Positions 27,728 to 39,208 of a stretch of DNA of 64,000 nucleotides are shown here, one piece after another; position 1 is the stretch's first letter; every line of letters begins with the position of its first letter. The stretch covers positions 204,044,001-204,108,000 of the forward strand of contig NC_086097.1 of NCBI RefSeq assembly GCF_963921235.1. Direction: 5' to 3'. The notes beneath the pieces are model-generated. The model was not told where the DNA came from, did no database searches, and saw only the letters and a list, made by a program, of their open reading frames with translations. The position numbers and the translations under genes are program-made. Origin of the DNA: Mobula hypostoma. Its lineage: Eukaryota.

Positions 27728-29334
27728 CTGAACAGAAACAAAATATTTGGGTGACTTTTAAAAAAAAAATGAGATTTGTTAGATTATAACATAATTGCTG
27801 TTATTATTTCTGTTATACAAGTGTACTTCAATTACTTGAATAAAATAAAACGAGTTTGAAGTTCCATTAACTTATAGTATCCACACTTTATAAAATAACT
27901 CAGAGGTTAAAATTAAATCAGCTGTCAAATATTCATTGTGAGCTGATGGGAGTTCTAGAGCAGGATGGAAATGTTAATAATGCCTTTTGGTGGCAGGTGC
28001 GTTTAGATCAGCAGTAATCCGGCCATCAGTACCATTCTTTTTTCTGAAAACACGTTCCTAAAGGGACAACTGCTCTCAAATTTATCACCAACAACATTTC
28101 TGGTACACTTACAACAAGCCTTGAGCCGGTTCTTACAAATCTGTCAATATTTATCCTAAATGCAACTTCAAAATAAATTCGATTATTATAATGCATTTTA
28201 TACACTTAGAAACTGCGCATTTCCTTCTTAAAGGTGGCAACAAGCGCAAAACTCGATAAGCAGAGCGACTGTGCCCCCACTACATTTTCCGACGATGCAT
28301 TCAATTTGATCCTTGGCAAGAATATCTACTAATAACATGGCGTGCCAGACTGTATTTAATATTTTGCTTATATAAGCGTCAAGCAGGTAAACGGCAGCAG
28401 CTTAAGTAGCACACGTCCCGTTACACTTGGAGCCACACTCACCCGTGTGTGTCCTGATATGCCCTTGCAGTAACCACGGTCTGGAGAACGCCTTGCCACA
28501 AATCTTACACACACAGGGCAGTGTGTGGGTCCGGATGTGCATCTTTAAGGCTCCTAAACTGACATACTCCTTTTCACAGTATTTGCAGCTGAAGGATTTT
28601 CGTGTCTGAGCGTCGCAGTGTAGTTGTTTATGTTTGGCCAGTCCTGAAAAAGTTGAGTACGCCTTGCTGCAGAAGTTACAGCGAAACTTCTCCGCGTCCA
28701 CCGCGCTCTCGCCCGAGCCCCTGCGGCCGATCCTCTCCTCCTCGTCGCTGCCCGAAGTCTCCGAACCATTGGCATCCCCGGTGAGCCGCTCGCACTTGGA
28801 CCGGTGCCGGGGGCTGAGCCGGGCGGCCGGGCACATGCTTCCATTGCTGAGGGGCGAAGGCTGAATGGCCGTGTACTCGGAGGCAGGTGCAGGGTCGCTA
28901 GGGACAGGAGAGGGTAGCAGGGCCGAACAGACACTACCCCAGACGCTCCCGGGATTGTAAACGCCTGAACTCAGGATCTCCGGCTGAGGAATTATAGGCA
29001 TCGGATAGCTCTCATACAGGTAGGGAGAAATGATGACTGCAAAAATAAACACAAAATACACAGTGTCATTTATAAGCATGGTGCTTTTTAAATAGAGCGA
29101 CTTTAAATGATCCATTTGCTTCCACTAATTTTAACGGTATTTCGTGTCAAATTACTAAATCTTGCAGTTTTCTCTGAACATTTGCACCAAACCCAAGATT
29201 GCATACATCGTTATGTGCACCTCCTTTACATAACTGCAACAAGACCACAGTTTACCTGTTTGCGTGTCCAGTTCTCCGTAATTTGGTTTTTTGCTGGTGC
29301 TAAAGTGTTTCTTAACTAGGAATGATCGCGGCAT
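27546..29334 (-). CDS. snai2: Snail-family C2H2 zinc-finger transcriptional repressor (SNAI2/Slug-like), 3 exons: join(29334..29256, 29036..28443, 27727..27546), 284 aa
   Basis: Spliced translation starts [51 protein letters not shown], has 5 fingers from [25 protein letters not shown], and ends [25 protein letters not shown] introns of 219 and 715 nt, both phase 1; 79+594+182=855 nt. Family is certain; the exact paralogue (snai2 vs snai1/snai3) is less so. Confidence 0.9.
28443..29036 (-). CDS. snai2: Snail-family gene coding exon 2 (central region and zinc fingers 1-3)
   Basis: Acceptor tttttgcag|TC; donor ACGG|GTGAGT; lies within ORF 28402..29115. Confidence 0.95.
29256..29334 (-). CDS. 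snai2: Snail-family gene coding exon 1 (SNAG domain)
   Basis: ATG at 29334 in context CCCAAAATGC; encodes [26 protein letters not shown]; donor ACAG|GTAAA; 79 nt. Confidence 0.95.
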
Positions 29335-29439
29335 TTTGGGGAAGGGGGGTGGGTCTGGGGTGATGGTGATGGGTGGGCGGTAGGAAGAATTAAGTAATAT
29401 TTTCTACGAAATAATCCTGAGGTGTAGGACGGTGAAAGC

Positions 29440-30070
29440 GAAAGCACCGGCACTTTTTTTTTGGTTGTCGAGAGTTTGAAGCTGCAGGCGAGTGAGTGGA
29501 GTTGCCGGTGGTCTTGCAGCCAGAGTACTGTAGGAGAAGACAGTGCAGCCGCCGCGAGTGCAGCACATTCCTGCAATGTGCTGTAAATACTCCAGAGTCA
29601 GGTGCAAGGGGAAGGCGCGCGCGCGCAGATTTGCATCTGTCGCCCGGCTGGCCAATGGCGCGCCGCCTTTTGATGGTTGCGGGGAGGGGCGCGGGGCGGG
29701 GATTGGCGGAGGCCGACCTCGCGCCAAGCGACAGGTGCTGGGATGAGACGTGCTGCTTGAGTGTCGGGGAGAGGGGCGTCGCGGGGGAGTCGGTGTTGTC
29801 AGGACTTGTTGCCCCGTGGAGAACGCGCATTCCTCTGCTAAATCACTGCCTGGTCTGATACACATGGTGTTTATCCCTCCTGGCGTCAAGTGGGACGAAC
29901 ACCTTTCAAACGGAGTCTTGGAAGTCAGATGTGTTAAAGAAAAAAAGTGTCGGGTGGGGGGACGCCAGATCTTTGCATTACGTTTTCCTTGGGAAAAATA
30001 GTCAGGCAAATAGAACACTAACATTCGCGTCCCGTGAATTAAAGGATTAATTAGCCCCAAAATGTGCCCC
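29440..30070 (-). promoter_or_regulatory. CpG-rich promoter / 5' region of the Snail-family gene
   Basis: CpG-dense; TATA-like TATTTA on minus (~29584-29589); CCAAT boxes at ~29652 and ~29702 in opposite orientations; GC box ggggcggg ~29693-29700; CAGGTG E-boxes at 29599 and 29732. Confidence 0.7.
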
Positions 30071-31404
30071 CCCCGAGCTATGATAGGCCTACCTGCTGTA
30101 ACTAAAAAAAATTAAAAGGCAGATTGAATAAATGGAGATGCCGAGCTTGAATATTATATTATCTGATAACGATTATGTTTGGGTATAAGAAGTACGACTG
30201 AAATCTACAAGTCAGATTGGAATGACATTTTTGGTGCAATGGTGATTGTGAATAAGAAATGTTCCGTGCGCGTATTAATGATAAATCTCTGTTGCGAATT
30301 TAAAATGTCCTATCTTACAGAACTGTTAAAAATACCTTTGAAATATTACAATGTAATATTACAATATTACAATTTGTGAATATGTATTACAAACAAGTGT
30401 AAATATGTACTTCGAAGCAAGTGGATGAAAACTTGATTAAAATGTTCATATGGAAAGGGGAGAAACAAATGCCGGTGTTACGGCCATCGTGTTTTAATTA
30501 ATTCCAACATATTGTAAGTGAAAGCCCCACTTTGTACGTGTAGTTTCACGTACAGATATACTATACTTCAAGGATGATTGTCACCGCGACGTAAAGTTAA
30601 CAGTCAATAAAATCAAAGTTAATTTTAACTGATCGGTATTGCAGGGAATTAGACCTTTTGGACTGATGTTATAAACAGTATCGGGACAGATTCACTTAAA
30701 CGTGGATTAGGACAAAGTTCTGAATTCAAACAAAATACGAATTTTATATGAGCAAAGCGCAAATAATATACGCGTCTCCCGATGTAGCGAAGTTTTTAGA
30801 AAGTAAACGGTCGAAACAGAGTGTTTAACCAATATTTATTAAAAAATATTGCTAAATGTTTATGGAAGCAATACGAATTCTAACTTTATTTTCAGTGCAG
30901 TTGTTCTAAGCAGATACGGGCCATTCACTTCATGTTCAAGCACTGTTCATACAGATGTTTCATCGGAAAACATTAGTCTGCAAAACGTCTTCTTAAACGA
31001 CTACTCGCACCTGTCTAGCCACATGACTGCAGGCTGTTGTCGGGTAGATCACATGCGGAACAGTTGAAGGAAGGAGGTATGAGGATCAAACCATGCAGAT
31101 TCCATAAACTGGTGCAAACATTTGTCTCCAGTTCTATCTTGGCAAGTGTTCGGTTTAGCGCTACCATTTGTGTCTTCATGCTGCCCTCCCTGCTGGATAA
31201 GGCGCTGAACTGCAGGACAAGGGGGTGCAAGTGATTTCAATAATCAAATGCCACCACCACGCGGCTGGAAATAGCAGGAAAGCAAACGAACCTGTTGGCA
31301 AAGAGTGACAATATGTTTCTAACTTGTTGATCACTTTATATGGAGGACATCCTTTCATTTTTAGTATTCACGAATGTGAGTGATAATCCTGTGTTCAATA
31401 TTTA

Positions 31405-31684
31405 ATTCGTTGAGGAACTGGAGTTCAAAAGTCGGGAAGTTATGTTGCAGCTTTATAAAACTCTAGTTAGACCATATCTGGAGTATTGCCTTTAGTTCTG
31501 GTTGCCCCATCATGTGGAGGCTTTGGAGAGGATGCAGAAGAGGTTTAGCAGGATGTTGCTTGGATTAGAGGACGTGATATAAGGAGTTGTTTTCCGTGGA
31601 GTGCAGAGACTGATAGATATTTAGAAGGTTATGAGAATGAACAGTCAGCATCTTTCCCCAGGGCTGAAATGTCTAATAGTAGAC
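31405..31684 (+). mobile_element. CR1 fragment, 5' half; resumes at 41575
   Basis: Ends gggctgaaatgtctaata; the expected continuation ccagagggcatgcatttaaggtg is at 41575. Confidence 0.7.
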
Positions 31685-31788
31685 TGTAACAGAGGAGGTT
31701 GCCAGGCTGGGTTTGAACCCAGTACAGAGAAGACCAGAGACAAGAATGGAATTGGACAAAGAATCTTAACTTGATGATTGGCTAGTAG

Positions 31789-32820
31789 TTCAAAGTAAAT
31801 TTATTATCAAAGTACATATATGTCACCATATACAATCCTAAAATTAATTTCTTACAGGCATTCACAGTAAGTACAAAGAAACACAATAGAACAAATGAAA
31901 GACTGCATCCAACATGACAAACAACCAATGTGCAAAGGACAACAAAGTATGCCAAGACAAAAAGAAAATAATAACAAATGAATAAGCAATAAATATCAAG
32001 AACATGAGACTGAGTCCTTGAGACCCAAGTTCATAAGCTGTAGGAACATTTTAGTGATAGGGCAAGTGAAGTTGAATGAAGTTTTCACCACTGGTTCAAG
32101 AGCCTGATAGTTGAGGGGTAATAGCTGTTCCTGTACCTAGTAACATAAGTCCTGAGGCTCCTGTACCTTTTCTTCATGGCAGCAGTGAGAAGAGAGCATG
32201 ACCCGGTTGGTGGGAGTCCCTGACGACAGATCCTACGTTACTGTGACGGTGCTCCGTGTAGATGTGCTCAATGAAGGCGAAGGCTTTACTCATGCTGGAC
32301 TGCACCGTAACTACTGCTTTTTGTAAGCTTTCCCATTCATAGGCATTGCTTTTCCATACCTGGCCATGATGCAACCAGTCAATATACTCTCCACTGCACG
32401 TTTACAGCATAAGTGTTTGTCAAGATTAAGGTGACTTGCTAAAACTTCACAAACTTCTAAGAAAGAGTTGCTTCCATATGTTCTTTGTAATGGTACTTGT
32501 ATGCTGGACTCAGGACAGATCCTCTGAAATGATAATACTGAGGAATTTAAAGTTGCTGACCCACTCCACCTCTGAACCCCCAGTGAGGACTGGCACATGG
32601 ACCTCTGGTTTCCTTCTCCTGTAGTCAATAATCAGCTCCTTGGTCTTGCTGGCACTGAGTGAGAGAGAGACATTGAGTGAGGGTTAAGGTGATGTTGAGT
32701 GAGATATTGTTGTTATGGCACCACTCAGCCAGATTTTCAAACTCCCCTCCTATATGCCGATTTGTCGCCACCTTCGATTCAGCCAATGGTGGTGGTGTCA
32801 TCAGCAAAATTAAACATGTT
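31789..32820 (-). mobile_element. Rex/Babar-type LINE inserted in the left LTR
   Basis: EWCHNNNISLN and HALFSLLP fragments; TAGTA duplicated at 31783-31787 and 32821-32825. Confidence 0.75.
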
Positions 32821-34133
32821 TAGTACAGAATGCAGGCTAGGACAGGGTAGGCAAGACTGAGCAAAGATGAACAAAACAGAGCGAACTTAAATAGACAAGT
32901 AAATCAAGGCGCAGGCACACTGCTAACTAAAGCAAGACACAGTTGAAAATAATCAACTAGTAGTCAGGGGAGGAGAGCATCGGAACCTGGAGGACTCTGG
33001 TCACCCCTCACTCTTCTGAATTCCAGTGAATACAGGCCCAGAAACATCAAACACTCTTCATATGACAAGCCATTCAATCCTGGAAACATTTTCGTGAACT
33101 TTTTTGAACACTCTCCAGCTTCAGTACATCCTTTCTAAGATAAGGGGCCCAAAACTGCTCACAATACTCCAACTGAGGCCTCACCTGTGCTTTATAAAGT
33201 CTCAACATTACATTCTTATTTTTATATTCTAGTCCTCTCAAAATAAATACTAACATTGCATTTGCCTTTCTCACCACAGACTCAACCTGAAAATTAACCT
33301 TCAGGGAATCCTGCACAGGGAATTGCAAGTCCCTTAGCATCCCAGTTTTTTGTATTTTCTCTTCATTTAGAAAATAATCAACCCTTGCATTTCCTCTACC
33401 AAAGTGCATGACTATACACTTCCTGAGACTGTATTCCATCTGCCATTTCTTTGCTCGTTCTATTGATCTGTCCAAGTCCTTCTGTAGCCTCTCTATTTAC
33501 TCAAAACTACTTGTCCTTCCACCTATCTTCATATCGTCTGCAAGCTTTGCAACAAAGCCATCAACTCCATCATCCAAATTATTGATATACATATACAAAT
33601 AAGGTAAAAAGAATCGATCCCAACACAGACCCCTGTGGAACACCGCTAGTCACGGGCAGCCAACCAGAAGAGGCTCCCTTTATTCCCACTCCTTTCCTCC
33701 TGCCAATCAGCCACTGCTTTATCCATGCTAGAATCTTTCCTGTGATGTCATGGGCTTGTAAACTTGTTATGCAGCCTTGTGTGTGGCGCCTTTTCAAAGC
33801 CCTTCTGAAAATCCAAATATACAACATTAACCGATTCTCCTTTGTCTATATTGCCCGTTACTTCTTCAAAGAATTCCAACATATCTGTCTGGCAAAATTT
33901 TCTTTTGAGAAAACCATGCTGACTATGATCTATTTTATCATGTGCCTCCAAGTACCCTGAGACCGTATCGTTAATAATTGACTCCAACATCTTCCCAACC
34001 ACTGAGGTCAGACTACCTGGCCTCTAGTTTCCTTTCTTCTCATTGCAGAATCTAGTGATTCTTGAAAGATCATTATTAATGCCTCCACAATATCTTCAGC
34101 TAGCCCTTTCAGAATCCTGGGGTGTACACCATC

Positions 34134-36019
34134 TGGACATTATTTATTTGGATTTCCAGAAGGTGTTGGATAAGGTACCACATAAAAAACTTATCCATAA
34201 GATAAGGATGCATAGAGTTGGGGGTAATGTATTAGCATGGATAGAGAATTGGTTAACTAATAGAAAGCAGAGAGTTAGGTTGTATGGGTGTTACTCCGGT
34301 TGGCAATCAGTGGTGAGCGGTGTGCCACAGGGGTCAGTGTTCGGCCCGCAACTGTTCATGATATACATTAACGGTCTGGAAGAGGGGCTGAATGTACTGG
34401 ATCTAAGTTTGCTGATAATACTAACTTGAGTGGAAAAGCAAATTGTGCAGAAGATACGGAGAGTCTGCAGAGAGACATGGATAGGGTCGGTGGGTGGGCA
34501 AGTGTCTGGCAGCTGGAGTACAGAACAATGTTGGTAAATTTGAGGTCATCCTTTTTGGAAGGAAAATGGTAGATCAGATTATTATTTAAATAGTGAAAAA
34601 AATTGCAGCATACTGCTGTGTAGAGGGACTTGGGAGTGCTTGTGCATGAATCGGAAAGGGTTGGTTTGCAGGTGCAGCAGGCTATCAAGAAGGCAAATGG
34701 AATGTTGGCCTTCATTGCCATTGGGATTCATAGTCATAGTCATAGTCATAGTCATTATTGATTCCGGGGGAAATTGTTTTTTGTTAGTTGCATCATAAAT
34801 AATTAAGTAGTAATAAAACCATAAATAATTAAATAGTAATATGTAAATTATGCCAGGAAATAAGTCCAGGACCAGCCTATTGGCTCAGGGTGTCTGACCC
34901 TCAAAGGGAGGAGTTGTAAAGTTTGATGGCCACAGGCAGGAATGACTTCCTATGACGCTCTGTGTTGCATCTCGGTGGAATGAGTCTCTGGCTGAATGTA
35001 CTCCTGTGCCCAACCAGTACATTATGTAGTGGATGGGAGACATTGTCCAAGATGGCATGCAACTTGGACAGCATCCTCTTTTCAGACATCACTGTCAGAG
35101 AGTCCAGTTCCATCCCCACAACATCACTGGCCTTACGAATGAGTTTGTTGATTCTGTTGGTGTCTGCTACCCTCAGCCTGCTGCCCCAGCACACAACAGC
35201 AAACATGATCGCACTGGCCACCACAGACTCGTAGAGCATCCTCAGCATCGTCCGACAGATGTTAAAGGACCTCAGTCTCCTCAGGAAATAGAGACGGCTC
35301 TGACCCTTCTTTTAGACAGCCTCAGTGTTCCAGTTTATTATCAATTCATATCCCCAGGTATTTGTAATCCTCCACCATGTCCACACTGACTCCCTGGATG
35401 GAAACAGGGGTCATCGGTGCCTTAGCTGAATTTAAGAGCAGGGAGGTTATGCTGCAACTGTATAGGATACTGGTCTCCTTACTTGAGGAAGGATATACTG
35501 GCTTTGGAGGTGGTGCAGGAGGTTCACCAGGTTGATTCCAGTGATGAAGGGGTTAGACTATGAGGAGAGATTGAATCACCTGGGACTGTACTTGCTGGAA
35601 TTCAAAAGAATAAGAGGAGATATTATAGAAACATATACATTTATGAAACAGATAGATAAGATAGAGGCAGGGAAGTTGTTTCCACTGGTAGATGAGACAA
35701 GAACTCAGGGATATAGCCTCAAGATTTGGGGGAGTAGATTTAGGACAGAGATGAGGAGGAACTGCTTTTCCCAGACAGTGGTGAATCTGTATAGTTCTCT
35801 GCCTAATGAAGCAGTGGAAGCTACATTAATAAATATATTTAAGACAAGGTTGGATAGATTTTTGCATTGTAGGGGAATTAAGGGTTATGGGGGAAAAGAC
35901 AGGTAGGTGAAGATGAGTCCATGGCCGGATCAGCCATGATCTTATTGAATGGCAGAGCAGGTTTGACGGGCCAGGTGACCCACTCCTGCTCGTATTTCTT
36001 ATGTTCTAATGTTCTTATA
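34134..36019 (+). mobile_element. CR1 (plus), 5'-truncated, nested in the minus CR1
   Basis: YLDFQKVLDKVPH, SGVPQGSV; ORF 35532..35906; tail tcttatgttctaatgttctta. Confidence 0.85.
34729..35427 (-). mobile_element. Rex1-group LINE 3' end with (catagt)n tail, nested in the plus CR1
   Basis: ORF 34901..35248 (ESVVASAIMFAVVCWG, HPLH, SFLPVAIKLYN); splits host gggatt|gaattt. Confidence 0.8.
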
Positions 36020-36496
36020 ATCCAGGTGATTTACTGCTCCAGACCTTTCAGTTTCCCAAGAACCTTCTGTCTATTTATGGTAAAATTTGCACACTTCATG
36101 ATCCATGACTCCCGGAACTTCCATTATATCTCTCGTCTCTTTGACAGTGAAGACTGATGCAAAATACTTCAGTTTGTCACCATTTCATCGTCCCCCATTA
36201 CTACCTTTCCAGCAGCGGTTTCCAGTGGTTCAATATCCACTCTCGCCTCTCTTTTACGCTTACGTATCTGTAGAAACTTTTGATATTCTTTCTAATATTA
36301 TTGGCTAGCTTACTTTCATATTCCATGTTTATGTTTTTAATGACTGCTTCAGTTGCCTTCTGTTGTGTCTTAAAAGCGTCCCAATCCTCTAACTTCCCAC
36401 TAAATTTTGCTCTACTATATGTCCTCTCTTTGGCTTCTATGTTGGCTTTGACTTTGACTTCTCTTGTTAGCCCTGTTGTGTCATCTTGCCTTTAGA

Positions 36497-39208
36497 TCAT
36501 AAGACATAGGAGCAGAATTAGGCCATTTGGCTCTGCCATTCAATCGTCACCATTTTTCCCATCCTCAACCCCATTCCGTGACTTTCTCTCATTCTTTTTG
36601 ATGTCATGTCCAATCAAGAATTTATCAATCTCTGCCTTAAATGCACCCAACAAACTGGCTTCCATAGCTGCCTGTGGTAATAAATTCCACAAATTCACCA
36701 CCCTTTGGCTAAAGATATTTCTCTGCATCTCTGGTTTTAGATGAATGCCACTCTGTCTTGAGGCTGTGCCCTCTTGTCCTAGACTCTCCCACCATGGGAA
36801 AAATCCTTTCCACATCTACTCTGTCAAAGCCTTTCAACATTCAAAATTTTTCAAATGTGATCCCCTCATCCTTCTAAATTCCAGAGCCATCAAACGTTCC
36901 TTGAATGATAACCCTTTAATTCCTGGAATCATCCTTGCGACCCTCTTCAATGCCAGCACATCTGTTCTAAAATGAGGAGCCCAAAACTGTTCACAATATT
37001 CAAGGTGAGGCCTCACCAGTATCTTATAAAGCCTCAGCATCACATCCCTGCTCCTGCATTCTAGACCTCTTGAAGTGAATGCTAACATTGCATTTACCTT
37101 CCTCACCACCAGCTATACCTGCAAGTTAACCTTTAGGGTGTTCTGCACAAGGACTCCCAAGACCTTTTGCATCTCAGATTTTTGGATTTTCACCCCAATT
37201 AGAAAATAGTCTACACATTTATTTCTACTACCAAAGTGCATGACCATGTATTTTCCAACATTGTATTTAATTTCGTGCCCATTCTCCTAATCTGTCTAAG
37301 TCCTTCTGCAGCCTATCTGTTTCCTCAACACTACCTGCCCCTCCACCATTCATTGTATCATCTGCAAACTTGGCAACAAAGCCATATATTCCATCATCTA
37401 AATCATTGATTTACAGCATAAAAAGAAGCAATCCCAACACCAACCCCTGCGGAACACCAGTAGTCACTGGCAGCCAACCAGACAAGGATCCTTTTATTCC
37501 CACTCACTGCCTCCTATCAATCAGCCAATAATCTAAGCACGTTAGTAAGTTTCCAGTAATACCATGGGCTCGTAACTTGGTAAGCAGCCTCATGTGTGGC
37601 AACTTGTCAAAGGCCTTCTGAAAGTCCAAATACACAACATCCCCTTTATGTATCCGATTTGTAATCTCCTCAAAGAATTCCAATAGGTTCGTCAGGCAGG
37701 ATTTTCCCTTAGGGAAACCATGCTGACTTTGTCCTATCTTGTCCTGTGTCATCAAGTACTCTATAACCTCATCCTTGACAATAGACTCCAATATGTTCCC
37801 AACCACTGAGGTCAGGCTAACTGGTCTATAATTTCCTTTCTGCTGCCTTCCTCCTTTCTTAAAGAGTGAAGTGACATTTGCAATGTTCTAGTCCTCTGGC
37901 TCCATGCCAGAAGTCCAATGATTTCTGAAAGATCATTTCTAATGCCACCACAATCTCTACTGCTACCTCTTTTAGAATCCTAAGGTGCAGTTCATCTGAT
38001 CCGGGTGACTTATGTGCCCATAGTTCTTTCAGCTTTTTGAGCACCTTCTCCCTTGTAATAGTAACTGCACCCACTCCTCTTCCTTCACACACTACAACAT
38101 CTGGCACACTGCTGGTGTCTTCTGCAGTGAAGGCTGATGCAAAATACTCATTTATTTCATCTGCCATCTCCTTGTCCCCCGTTATTATCTCTCCAGCCTC
38201 ATTTTCTAGCGGCCCTATATCCACTCTCAGCTCTCTTTTATTTATTTCATACTTTAAAATGCTTTTACTATCTACTTTGATATTGTTTGCTATCTTGCTT
38301 TCATATTTCATCTTTTCTCTTCTAATGATTCTTTTACTTGCTCTCTGTAGGTTTTTTAAAGCTTATGTCCTATGTCATATCTTTTTACTGATTTGATGTC
38401 ATTCTTTAGCAGCAGAGCCACGCCACCCCTTCTGCCTGTCTTTCACTCCCACAGATACAACGTGTAACCTTGGACATTCAGCTCCCATCTACAGCCATTT
38501 CTGCCATGATTCAGTGATGGTCATGACATCATACCTTGATAATCTGTAATAGTGCATCAAGATTATCTACCTTATTTCTTATATTCCTTGGACTGAGATA
38601 TAGCACTTTGGGTGCTATATTTGCCACCCTTTTTGATTCTGCATCCCTAATGCACTGATACTCATCCCGCTGGCTGCAATTTTGTCCTATCATCTGCCTG
38701 CCCTTCCTGACAGTCTGACTGCACGCTATCTTTTCTTTTTTACCATCCATCCTATCCTGAGTCCCTTTATTTCGGTTCACACCCCCTTGTCAATTTAGTT
38801 TAAACCCCTCCCAACAGCTCTAACAAACCTGCCCACGAGAATATTGGTCCCACTCGGGTTCAGGTGCAACCACTCCATTTTGTGCAGGTCATACTTCCCC
38901 CAGAAGAGATCCCAATAATCCAAGAACCTGAAGCCCTGCCCCCCGCACCAGTTTCTCAGCCACGCATTTATCTGACAAATGATCCTTTTTCTACCCTCAC
39001 TAGCAGGTGGCATAAGTAGTAATCCGAAAATGAGCTCCTGCTTCTCAGTTTTCTGCCTAGTTCTCCAAATTTTTTCTGTAGGACCTCATTGCTTTTCCTT
39101 ATTATGTCATTGGTACCAATATGTACAAAGACATCTGGCTGCTCTCCCTCCCTCTCTACGATGCTGTGGACGCGATCCGAGATGTCCCTAAGCCCGGCAC
39201 CTGGGAAA
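36497..39208 (-). mobile_element. CR1 (minus), long copy with ORF1 esterase remnant
   Basis: ORFs 37504..37806, 37859..38311, 38795..39013; 7-bp TSD CTTTAGA at 36490-36496 and 39209-39215. Confidence 0.85.

Noticed and set aside
28402..29115. 237-aa ORF as a single-exon gene
   Set aside because: It is exon 2 plus intronic read-through; the true start is the SNAG exon at 29334
29316..30060. Overlapping 67-218 aa ORFs over the promoter
   Set aside because: Stop-poor GC-rich DNA with no recognisable protein features
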